DNA of 64,000 nucleotides. Source: an uncultured Chloroflexia bacterium (lineage in GTDB: Bacteria; Chloroflexota; Limnocylindria; QHBO01). Where the stretch lies: contig CAWGTN010000002.1 in assembly GCA_963825525.1 (NCBI GenBank), positions 1,568,001 through 1,632,000 on the forward strand. Reading direction: 5' to 3'. Positions 45,205 to 53,737 of this stretch are shown in pieces (positions within the stretch are counted from its first letter, which is position 1; every line of letters begins with the position of its first letter). Position numbers and translations under genes: made by a program. The notes under the pieces are model-generated. The model was not told the DNA's origin. It did no database searches and was given only the letters and a program-made list of their open reading frames with translations.

Positions 45205-45678
45205 ATGTCGATCACCATTCATGCGTCGGTTGATGCTGACGCGAACCGCGTCGAGGCCCGAATCTCGGAGACGGCCATGGTCACCATGGATTCGGATACT
45301 CGCGATGCGCCCGCGGGCGGCCCGAAGGGGGTGCTGCTCACCGCGCTGGCGGGCTGCACAGGCCTGGACGTGGTGAGCATTCTCCTCAAGAAGCGCCAGC
45401 GCATCGGGACGTACGAGATCTCGGTGCGCGGCGAGGTCGCCGCCGAGCATCCGCGGGTCTTCACGACCATCGAGGTCGAACACCAGGTCGTGGGTGAGGT
45501 GGCTCCCGAGGCGCTGCGCCGCTCGATCGAGCTGTCCGCCACGCGCTACTGCCCGGTCAACGCCATGCTCTCGGCCTCCGCGACGGTCGAGCACCATTAT
45601 CGGTTGACCGATGCCGCCGGCGCGGAGCACGCGGCGCTGGTCGCGGTCACCGGACCAGACGGCTCGCGGGTCCTGTAG
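45205..45678 (+). CDS. OsmC family protein
   Basis: GPKGVLLTALAGCTGLDV and SATRYCPV (two conserved Cys). Confidence 0.9.
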   Translation: MSITIHASVDADANRVEARISETAMVTMDSDTRDAPAGGPKGVLLTALAGCTGLDVVSILLKKRQRIGTYEISVRGEVAAEHPRVFTTIEVEHQVVGEVAPEALRRSIELSATRYCPVNAMLSASATVEHHYRLTDAAGAEHAALVAVTGPDGSRVL

Positions 45679-45695
45679 GCCGGCTCCAGGGCGGG

Positions 45696-46088
45696 TCACG
45701 ACGCGCTGCGAAGCTCCCGGCCGCGCTCCAGCGCTTCCTCGACGGCGAGGCGGAAGGTGTCGAGATCGAAGGGCTTCGGCACGACCGGTCCCAGGGGTCC
45801 CAGCTCGGCCAGCCGTTCGCGGCTGGCTGCCGACACGATGATGGCCGGAATGCCGGGCCAGGCGCTGCGCAACAGCTCGGTGATGTCGCCTCCATCCCCG
45901 TCGGGGAGCATGACGTCGACCACGAGCAGGTGAGGAAGTGCCACGTCCATGAGGTCACCAAGCTCGACGATTCGCGTGCAGGTCACAACGCCGAAGCCCA
46001 TCTCCCGCAGGAGATCGGCCTCGAGCGCGGCGATGTCGGGATCGTCCTCGAGGACGTAGGCGCGCTGGGCACCGGTGAGTTCGTTCAT
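45696..46088 (-). CDS. Single-domain response regulator (receiver only)
   Basis: VLEDD, VVDVMLPDGDG, IIVSA, PKPFDL. Confidence 0.88.
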   Translation of the reverse strand: MNELTGAQRAYVLEDDPDIAALEADLLREMGFGVVTCTRIVELGDLMDVALPHLLVVDVMLPDGDGGDITELLRSAWPGIPAIIVSAASRERLAELGPLGPVVPKPFDLDTFRLAVEEALERGRELRSAS

Positions 46089-46116
46089 TGCGCACAGTCT
46101 TATGGAGGTCATCGGC

Positions 46117-46156
46117 AAGGTCCAGTGGACCTTCCGGTTGGTACCCATGGGGTACC
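46117..46156. promoter_or_regulatory. Two adjacent perfect palindromes in the divergent receiver/ku promoter region
   Basis: AAGGTCCA-G-TGGACCTT (46117-46133) and GGTACCC-ATG-GGGTACC (46140-46156). Confidence 0.55.
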
Positions 46157-46248
46157 GGCCAATTTGCAGGCTCGGTGTACCATCACGGCCCGCGTTCGGG
46201 CACGCAGGGCACGGCGGGCCGCAGCGCAGCACAGGAGCACGAGACGGT

Positions 46249-47175
46249 ATGGCGCGATCCATGTGGCGGGGGGCGATCCAGTTCGGACTGGTGACGATCC
46301 CGGTCAAGCTCTACCTGGCCACCGAGCAGGGAAGCATCGGCTTCAACCTGCTTCATGCCAGCTGCCTCAATCGCATCCAGATGAAGGTGTACTGCCCGTA
46401 TCACGACGAGGTCATTCCACGTTCGGAGACCGTTCGTGGCTACGAGTGGAGCAAGGGCAAGTACGTGGTCGTGACCGAGGAGGACATCGACTCGGTGCCG
46501 CTCAAGACGATGCGGGCCATCGAGATCGAGATGTTCATCAACAGTTCCCGGGACGCCGCAGGCACCCAGTTCGTCAAGCAGGCGTACTACCTGGAGCCCG
46601 AGCAGATCGGCGCCAAGGCGTTCTACCTGCTGAAGTCGGTGCTTGCCGAGCAGAACAAGAGCGCAATCTGCAAGATCGTGCTCAAGGACCGCGAGCAGCT
46701 GGCCGCGCTGAACCCGTTCAGCAATTCCATGCTCCTGACCACCCTCCACTGGCCGGACGAGGTCCGGGCCATGGACGAGCTCAACCTCCCCGAGGATGAG
46801 ATCGAGATCAAGGCCAGCGAGAAGAAGATGGCCGAGCAGCTGGTGGCCAGCATGACCGGCGACTTCAGCGCCGATGACTACCAGGACGACTACCGCCAGG
46901 CGCTGATGGCCGTGATCGAGCGCAAGGTCGCCGGCGAGAAGCCCGAGCCTGCTCAGCGCACGGAGCCGACGAACATCACCGACCTCATGGCGGCTCTCGA
47001 GGCATCAGTTGCGGCCGCTCGCCACGACCGCACGACCGAGGCCGAGCCCAAGGCGGCGGCAGCCAAGCCCCGTCCCAAGGTGGCGGCCAAGGGCAAGGCA
47101 AAGGCGAAGGTCGCAGCGAAGGTTGCCGCCGCGGAGGAAGAGGCACCGCGGCAGCGACGGCGCAAGACAGCCTGA
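46249..47175 (+). CDS. ku: NHEJ DNA end-binding protein Ku
   Basis: RSMWRGAIQFGLVTIPVKLY, RGYE, YYLEP, LHWPDEVR, DDYRQAL, DLMAALEAS; basic Lys/Ala tail. Confidence 0.96.
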   Translation: MARSMWRGAIQFGLVTIPVKLYLATEQGSIGFNLLHASCLNRIQMKVYCPYHDEVIPRSETVRGYEWSKGKYVVVTEEDIDSVPLKTMRAIEIEMFINSSRDAAGTQFVKQAYYLEPEQIGAKAFYLLKSVLAEQNKSAICKIVLKDREQLAALNPFSNSMLLTTLHWPDEVRAMDELNLPEDEIEIKASEKKMAEQLVASMTGDFSADDYQDDYRQALMAVIERKVAGEKPEPAQRTEPTNITDLMAALEASVAAARHDRTTEAEPKAAAAKPRPKVAAKGKAKAKVAAKVAAAEEEAPRQRRRKTA

Positions 47176-47186
47176 CGCGGCGGGAC

Positions 47187-47885
47187 GTGCCCGGAGACCA
47201 GCTGGACCTCTCGATTGCGGCGGCCGCCGCCGACCGCCTGCCTCCGCGCGTGTCCCCCATGCAACCCACGGCCGGCGCCGGGCCGTTCGATGACCCCGAC
47301 TACCTGTTCGAGGCGTGGTGGCCGGGGATCCGTGCACAGGCCTGGGTGGAGGATGGAACGCTCGTGCGGCTCCGAGCCGAGGGCCTGGCCGATGCCCTGA
47401 CCACGTTCGCGGAGCTCACCGAGGAGCTGCCCGAGCGACTCCTGGACGATGGCGTGATCCTCGATGGCTGGCTGCTCGCCCTCGACGACGGGGGGTGGCT
47501 CGACACCGACCTTCTCCGCCGCCGGTTGTCCGGCGATCGGGCCGCCGGCCGCCCGGCTTTCGTTGCCTCCGATCTGCTCTGGTGCGGTGGTGTCGACTGG
47601 CAGCGTCGGGCGTTCTCGTCGCGCCGTGCAAGATTGGAGGGCGTTCTACAGGACGGCGACCGGTGCGTGGTGTCGCATGCCCTCCGCGGGGAGGGAACGC
47701 TACTGGCCGAGGCCCTGGCCCGGTTCGGCCTCGGCGCCATCAGCGCGCGCCGCCTCGATGCGCGCTACCGCACCGGTTCGGCCGGCGATGCGTGGCTCCG
47801 GCTGCCCCTGGCTCCGGAGCCGGTCACCGAGCGGCCGCGGCTGGCACTCATCCAGCGGCTCCCTTTCCCGGACGACGCTCCCTAG
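47187..47885 (+). CDS. Degenerate LigD-type ligase adenylation domain (pseudo-ligase 2)
   Basis: PMQP...PFDDPDYLFEAWWPGIR (no catalytic Lys), ILDGW, SDLL, GLGAISARR.DARYRTG...WLRL. No OB, PE or POL domain. 11 nt after ku. Confidence 0.82.
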   Translation: MPGDQLDLSIAAAAADRLPPRVSPMQPTAGAGPFDDPDYLFEAWWPGIRAQAWVEDGTLVRLRAEGLADALTTFAELTEELPERLLDDGVILDGWLLALDDGGWLDTDLLRRRLSGDRAAGRPAFVASDLLWCGGVDWQRRAFSSRRARLEGVLQDGDRCVVSHALRGEGTLLAEALARFGLGAISARRLDARYRTGSAGDAWLRLPLAPEPVTERPRLALIQRLPFPDDAP

Positions 47886-50104
47886 GGAAGCACCCGTTCG
47901 AGGGTCCACGGGAATGGCGGGCGCGTGGCGAGCCGGAACGCCGCCGGCACGTACCCGTCCAGCGGATAGGCCCGGAAGCTCCCGATCTCGAGGACGGTGG
48001 ACGGCACCCCGACCTCGAGGTCGCGGCTGGGGAATGCGCGGCCGCGGACCGCGCTGGCAACGCGGATGGCATCCTCGGTCGGCTCACCCCACGCCGAGCG
48101 CAGGACGACGTTGATGTCGTGGGTGCGGACGTCCTCGGACCGCGCCTGGAGTGCCGTTGCGAGCCATTGATCGGCTTCCGCACGCTCGTCGAGCATGGCG
48201 TGGGCCAATGCGCGCACCGCCGGATCCTCGAACTCGGTGGGCTGGAACGGCTCGCCGCTGGCGTGGCGCGCCAGGAGCAGGTTCAGCTGCCAGGTCGCCT
48301 CCGCGATCTCCGGGATCGTCCCGTCACCGATCGTCACCGTCCGGGGCCAGTCGACCACGAACGACGTGGTGGGTTGGGTCAGCAGCGAGAGGCGGTACGC
48401 GGAGTCGGCTGCATCGGCCTGGCCAAGTCGGTCGAGGAGCAGTGCCGCGTTGAGGAGATCCGGGGCGAGGTAGCGGGCGGTGGCCGCGGCACGATGCCCC
48501 GCCTCGATGGCGCAGGTCGTCTCCTCGCGCTGCTCGCACAGGAGCCCGCGATTGATCCAGGCCGTGGAGTCACCGGGGTTGAGGACGGTCGCCTGCTCGG
48601 CAGCCTCAGCTGCCAGATCCGTCTGCCGATTCGCCGCCGCGGCGACGCTCAGGGCACGCGGCCCCGCAGGATGCCACGGGTCGATCTCCACGGCCCGAGC
48701 CAGCCAGGCGCTGGATGCGCTCCAGTCGCTGGACCCGGCGGCGTCAGTGCCCGCCCGATAGGCGATCGCACCGGCATCGGCGACGACCATGGCCCAGCCG
48801 AGGACGAGGCTCATGCCGGCGCCTCCGGCGATCAGCACGCCCCGGCGCGCCATCGTCCGGAACCTCAGCGGTCGCCATGCCACCGCCCCGGCATCGGTCA
48901 GCGCCACGGCCACCAGGAGTATCACGAGCAGGTCGAATCCCGGAAGGAATGTCAGATCCTCGAACAGCCCGCCGATCCCCAGGCCGATGAGGACCACCGC
49001 CGCCGCTCGGCCGGCCGTCGTGCGGCTGCGCCACGGACCGGCGACCGCCACCAGCGTCCCCACCACGACCAGTGCCGCGACCAGCCCCACGATCCCCGCG
49101 TCGCCCAGCACGCCGAGGAGCAGGTTGTGCGAGTGTGGCTGCCGGACCGGGAAGCTGAAGTCCGCCGCCGCGGCCTGTCGCGCGTAGGGCATGAATCCGG
49201 GCCCGATCCCGAAGACGGGGTCGCTGCCCCACGCGACGAGGGTGTCGCGCCACAGGGCGCCGCGATATAGCAGCGAGGTCACCGCCGTGACCCGGGGCAG
49301 GACGAAGACCAGGCCGATGCCGATGACGGCCAGGGCGGCCGCCGATGCAGCCAGGCCCGTGCCCGTCACCCGCCGCGGCCAATGGAGTCGACCGCGGCGC
49401 GACCAGGCCCATGGCACTCCGGCGATCACCGAGGCAACGGCGATGGCGAGCCAGGCGGACCGTGATCCGGACAGGACGACGAGCGGAGCGCCCACCGCCA
49501 CCAGGCCGATTCGGACCGTCCGTCGCAGGCCGTCGTGCTCGATGAGTCCGGCGAGTGCCCACGCCGGGATGAGGACGAACGGAGGCACCGCCACCGACCC
49601 GAAGGGCGTCCCCTCGGCGGGCAGCCGCAGTGGCGGGAGCCCCGGAGCCCCGACCAGCACCCACTCGATGCGACGGGCCACCAGGACGCCGAGGGTCGGA
49701 ATCGAGAGCGCGAGGATCGGCACGCTGGTGACGAGCCCAACCCACGTCGGGCGGTGCCGGATCGCGATGAGGGCAACCGGAAGCATGGCGGCGAACGCGG
49801 TGATGGTGGCCATCGCACGAAGGCTCATGCCAAGATTGAGCGCGCCAAGGGTGGCGAGCGCGAACGCCGCCAGCAGGCCGAGGAGCGGCAACTCGAGCGG
49901 GGTTCGCGGCATGACGTGGCCGCGCACGGCGAGCACCAGGACGCCACCCACCGCACCGATCGCCAGCAGGTGGAGCAGCAGCTGCAGGCGCGCGTCCCAC
50001 AGCGCGCCATCCCAGCCGACGTACGAGAATACGGCGATCGCCGCGGCAAGGGCCAGCCAGGCGCCGGGTCCGGCGCTGGGTCGGGTTGCGGACGGGTGGC
50101 TCAT
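47882..50104 (-). CDS. O-antigen ligase (Wzy_C/WaaL) family membrane protein with TPR-like C-terminus
   Basis: Many TMs, LSGSRSAWLA, R..LW, FGIGPG, HSHN...GDAGIVGL; helical repeats (AVEIDP, ATVLNP). Confidence 0.85.
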   Translation of the reverse strand: MSHPSATRPSAGPGAWLALAAAIAVFSYVGWDGALWDARLQLLLHLLAIGAVGGVLVLAVRGHVMPRTPLELPLLGLLAAFALATLGALNLGMSLRAMATITAFAAMLPVALIAIRHRPTWVGLVTSVPILALSIPTLGVLVARRIEWVLVGAPGLPPLRLPAEGTPFGSVAVPPFVLIPAWALAGLIEHDGLRRTVRIGLVAVGAPLVVLSGSRSAWLAIAVASVIAGVPWAWSRRGRLHWPRRVTGTGLAASAAALAVIGIGLVFVLPRVTAVTSLLYRGALWRDTLVAWGSDPVFGIGPGFMPYARQAAAADFSFPVRQPHSHNLLLGVLGDAGIVGLVAALVVVGTLVAVAGPWRSRTTAGRAAAVVLIGLGIGGLFEDLTFLPGFDLLVILLVAVALTDAGAVAWRPLRFRTMARRGVLIAGGAGMSLVLGWAMVVADAGAIAYRAGTDAAGSSDWSASSAWLARAVEIDPWHPAGPRALSVAAAANRQTDLAAEAAEQATVLNPGDSTAWINRGLLCEQREETTCAIEAGHRAAATARYLAPDLLNAALLLDRLGQADAADSAYRLSLLTQPTTSFVVDWPRTVTIGDGTIPEIAEATWQLNLLLARHASGEPFQPTEFEDPAVRALAHAMLDERAEADQWLATALQARSEDVRTHDINVVLRSAWGEPTEDAIRVASAVRGRAFPSRDLEVGVPSTVLEIGSFRAYPLDGYVPAAFRLATRPPFPWTLERVLP

Positions 50105-50751
50105 GAGTCCCGATCCGCCTGTGCCAGTCGCTCCAGCGCGTGCTCCAGCTTCGATCGCGGCTCGGGGCGCAGCCCCTCCACGTCCGCCAGCTCGGCGGCC
50201 AGCTCGTCGAGGATCGACTCGCCCCCGGTCACGCCGTCATCAAGCTCCACCTCGACGACGAACAGCTCGCCGAGATCGGCGCCGCCGGCCGACATGCGGA
50301 CGCGATCGAGGGTGAGCAGTCCGATGCCTTCACCGCCACGCAGGGCCGCGGATCGCTCGGTCCGCGCCTGGTCGAATCGCAGGACTTCATGAAGCACCTC
50401 ACCGGCGCGCAATTCGTTCAGCAGTTCAAGGGCCTCGCTGTCCGGCCACCGCGCGGGATCGATGACATCGGTGGCCGGCCCCTCCACCTCGGGCCGTCGA
50501 TGGTGCCAGCCGGCGGTCTCACCATCGGGCGGTCCCTTGAGGGAGATCCGGGTGGTTCCCTCACGCGACCGCAGCCTGCAGGCCCAGCGCGCCTTCGCCA
50601 GGTGTCCGGCATCGGTGTCGAGGTAGCGGTCCACCTCGCGCGTCATCCGAGCGGGACCCAGCATTGCCGACCCGAGTGCGGTCCGCGTCGCGAGCACGTG
50701 AAGGGGATGGTCGTCGTCGGCGCGAAACCGAGCCTCGACCTCAGTTCTCAT
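50101..50751 (-). CDS. CYTH domain protein (triphosphate tunnel metalloenzyme)
   Basis: EVEARF, DRYLDT...L....WACRLR, SLKG, R.EVE, LDRV, VEVEL, SKLE. Confidence 0.85.
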   Translation of the reverse strand: MRTEVEARFRADDDHPLHVLATRTALGSAMLGPARMTREVDRYLDTDAGHLAKARWACRLRSREGTTRISLKGPPDGETAGWHHRRPEVEGPATDVIDPARWPDSEALELLNELRAGEVLHEVLRFDQARTERSAALRGGEGIGLLTLDRVRMSAGGADLGELFVVEVELDDGVTGGESILDELAAELADVEGLRPEPRSKLEHALERLAQADRDS

Positions 50752-51772
50752 AGCGGGCGGCGGCGCCTCGGACGGCCTGCGCCACCGCTTCTCGAAGTGC
50801 GGTTGGCTCGAGCACCTCGACGCCGTCCCCCCACGACATGATCCAGGGACGGATCTCGACGGTGCCCGCGACCGTGACGGTCAGCTCCACTCCGCCGTCC
50901 GCAAGCTCAACCAGCTCCTGTGATCGATGCCAGACCGCCTCGCGGACGCGGTGGGCCACATCGGCGGAGAAGCGGAGGCGCACCCGCTCCGTCGGCGTCG
51001 AGTCGGACGACCAGATGCCCCACGAGTTCGCCAGCCACGCGTCCGGATCGAAGTCGTCCGGGATCTCGTAGCGGTCCTGGGTGACGGTCGCCGAGCGGAT
51101 GCGCTCGACCTTGTACGTGCGCATCGCGGCGGCCGGCTCGTCCCACCCGATGAGATACACGCTGCGCAGAGCGGCATCCGGCTCCAGGAAGAAGGGGTGC
51201 ACGCGCGTTCGCTTCTCGGTCCCCGTGCCCGGATCGTAGACGAGCTCCACGACCCGGCCCTCCGCCCAACCGCGGGCGACGGCGGCGAAGCTGCGCGTGA
51301 ACGGCTCGTTCGACTCGTGCTCGCCGACCGCCAGCATCGTCGCCGCAACGTGGCGCGCGATCGGCTGAGGCAGCAGGTCGGCCAGCTTGGTGAAGGCACT
51401 GACCACGGCGGCGTCGTACTGATCGCTCCAGCGCGCGATGAGGCGCGCGGCCAGGAACAGGACGATCGCCTCGGGGACCGTGAGCCGCAGCGGCGGCAGA
51501 AAGAACTTGCGATCGATGCCATACCGGCCGCGTCCAGCCTGGAATACCGGGACGCCGAGCTCCTCGTCGAGCGCGTTGATGTCGCGGTACACGGTGCGGG
51601 TCGTCATGCCGGTGAGGCGGGCGATCTCGCTCACGGCCACGCCCGTCTCGCCGCTGCCCTTGCTGTACAGGATCGATGCGACGCTCAGCAGGCGTGCCAG
51701 CCGGTCCCGCTTTCGCCCGACGCGGTCATCGGCACCGTCCTCCCAGCCGTCCCAGGCGTCCGACTCGGTCAT
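50741..51772 (-). CDS. HTH-WYL-WCX transcriptional regulator (YafY/PafC/DriD-like)
   Basis: RTVYRDINAL wHTH, R.VHP, VYLIGW, RTYKVERI, WHRSQ, WIMSWG...EVLEP..LR. Confidence 0.93.
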   Translation of the reverse strand: MTESDAWDGWEDGADDRVGRKRDRLARLLSVASILYSKGSGETGVAVSEIARLTGMTTRTVYRDINALDEELGVPVFQAGRGRYGIDRKFFLPPLRLTVPEAIVLFLAARLIARWSDQYDAAVVSAFTKLADLLPQPIARHVAATMLAVGEHESNEPFTRSFAAVARGWAEGRVVELVYDPGTGTEKRTRVHPFFLEPDAALRSVYLIGWDEPAAAMRTYKVERIRSATVTQDRYEIPDDFDPDAWLANSWGIWSSDSTPTERVRLRFSADVAHRVREAVWHRSQELVELADGGVELTVTVAGTVEIRPWIMSWGDGVEVLEPTALREAVAQAVRGAAARYEN

Positions 51773-52617
51773 GGCGTGTCACCGATGGCCGCGGGACGAG
51801 CGGGGTCGGACGACCAGTCACTCCAGGATCCCTCGTACAGCAACCCTCCGGTGATGCCGGCCAGCTCGAGCGCCAGCAGATCATGCGTTGCCGAGAGGCC
51901 AGAGCCGCAGTACGCGACCGTCGGCTGATCGCCGGCACCCAGCGCGCGGTAGCGCTCTCGCAGCGCGTCGGGGGACAGGAACCTGCCGTCCGGGCCGAGG
52001 TTGTCCGCCCACGGCGCACTCGTGGCGCCGGGAACATGGCCGGCCCTCGGGTCGATCGGTTCCGTATCACCCCGGTAGCGCTCGGGAGCGCGCGCGTCCA
52101 TCAGCACGGCCCGACCGTCGAGCATGGTGGCAACCTCCGTGGCGTCCACCGTGTCCTTCGCCGCTGCACGAGGCGTCCAGCTGGCCGGAGGGTATGCCGC
52201 CTCTTCCGTCGACAGGGGCAGCCCCGCACCGGTCCAGGCCTGGATGCCCCCGTCGAGCACCGCGCAGTCTCCGTCATGGCCGAAGTGTCGGTAGAGCCAC
52301 CACAGCCGGGCGGCGATGCTGCCGCCGGCATCGTCGTAGGCAACGACCGGGGACCCGTCGCCGATCCCGGAGCGGCCGAGGACCCCCGCCAACTTTGCGG
52401 GGCTCGGGATCGGGTGCCGTCCAGGCCCATCGCCTGGCGAGCTCAGCTCCCGGTCAGCATCCAGGAACACGGCATCGGGCACGTGCCCGTCCGTGTACCG
52501 GTCGCGGCCGGTTGGAGGACTGAGCGACCAGCGGACATCGGCGATCCGAAGATCGGCGTCGGTGAGGTGGTCCGCCAGCCAGTCGACACTGACGAGCGGG
52601 CCGGGCAGGCTCAGCAC
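51769..52617 (-). CDS. Rhodanese-type sulfurtransferase (SseA-like)
   Basis: LVSVDWL, GHVPDA, GRHP, VLDGG, DARAPERYRG, GHVPGA, YCGSG, LYEGSWSDW. Confidence 0.93.
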   Translation of the reverse strand: MLSLPGPLVSVDWLADHLTDADLRIADVRWSLSPPTGRDRYTDGHVPDAVFLDADRELSSPGDGPGRHPIPSPAKLAGVLGRSGIGDGSPVVAYDDAGGSIAARLWWLYRHFGHDGDCAVLDGGIQAWTGAGLPLSTEEAAYPPASWTPRAAAKDTVDATEVATMLDGRAVLMDARAPERYRGDTEPIDPRAGHVPGATSAPWADNLGPDGRFLSPDALRERYRALGAGDQPTVAYCGSGLSATHDLLALELAGITGGLLYEGSWSDWSSDPARPAAIGDTP

Positions 52618-52646
52618 GCCGTCATGGTACCCGCGGGCCTCGAAAC

Positions 52647-53723
52647 CTACGTCAGGAAGAAGAAGGCGATGGCCAGGATCAGGTAGACGCTGATGAGCTG
52701 GAGACCCTCGACCCAGTTCGACTTGCCATCCAGCGCGATGTAGCCGGCGATGAACACGCCGAGCCCGACGGCGGCGACCTCCAGCGGGGTGAAGACCAGG
52801 GTCAGCGGGTTGCCGACGATGAGCCCGAAGAAGACGAGCACCGGGGCCGCGAACAGCGCGATCTGGGTGGCCGAGCCGATCGAGGTGATGAGACTGAAGT
52901 CCATCTTGTTCTTGTATGCCAGCGTCACGCCGACCACGTGCTCGGCGAGATTGCCGATGACCGGGATGACGATGATGCCGATGAAGAACTCGCTGACGCC
53001 GAGCGACTCGACGGCAGTGTCGAGGGTGTGGACCAGCACTTCGGAGGCGAAGGTCAGCGCCGCAGCCGAGCCCAGGAGCACGCCGAGCGCGACCTTCCAG
53101 CTCCACTCGGCCACCTCCTCCTCACCCTGGTTGGACGTTGGCGACTCGGGTGAGCGGAGGAAGAACCAGGTCTGGGCCGCGTAGGTCACGATCAGCAGGA
53201 TCGCCACCCCGATCGTCAGCGCCTCGATCCGGAAGAACTCCGGGTCGCCCGGCCCGGTGCCCTCGCCGCCGCCGATGAGAAACGCGAACATGGCGGGAAC
53301 GATCAGCCCGATGGTCGCCAGGATGAGCGATGCCGCATTCATGCCGGTCGCCTGCGCGTCGTAGGTCTGGATTCCGTTCTTGATGCCGCCGATCAGGAGG
53401 GACGCACCGAGAACGAGAAGGAGGTTGCCGACGATCGAGCCGGTGATCGACGCATGCACGATCTCGATCTTGCCGTCCATGATCAGGAACGCGGCGATGA
53501 TGATCTCGCCGACGTTGCCGACCGTCGCGTTCATGATGCCGCCGATGCGCGGGCCGGCCGCGATCCCGAGCTGCTCCGTGGCGTGGCCCAGCGTGTAGGC
53601 GAGCCCCAGGATCGTCAGCGCACTGACCGAGAATGTCAGCGTGTCATCGGCCCCGAGCAGTCGCAGTGCCAGGGTGGCGATCGTGCCGCCGATCGACAGG
53701 GTGTAGGCGATCTTGCCGAACAC
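52647..53723 (-). CDS. Calcium/proton exchanger (CAX/ChaA family)
   Basis: Alpha repeats NATVGNVGE and GNLAEH, GSIVGNLLLVLG, GSATQIALF, SNWVEG. Confidence 0.93.
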   Translation of the reverse strand: MFGKIAYTLSIGGTIATLALRLLGADDTLTFSVSALTILGLAYTLGHATEQLGIAAGPRIGGIMNATVGNVGEIIIAAFLIMDGKIEIVHASITGSIVGNLLLVLGASLLIGGIKNGIQTYDAQATGMNAASLILATIGLIVPAMFAFLIGGGEGTGPGDPEFFRIEALTIGVAILLIVTYAAQTWFFLRSPESPTSNQGEEEVAEWSWKVALGVLLGSAAALTFASEVLVHTLDTAVESLGVSEFFIGIIVIPVIGNLAEHVVGVTLAYKNKMDFSLITSIGSATQIALFAAPVLVFFGLIVGNPLTLVFTPLEVAAVGLGVFIAGYIALDGKSNWVEGLQLISVYLILAIAFFFLT

Positions 53724-53737
53724 GTGCGTTCTCTCCG

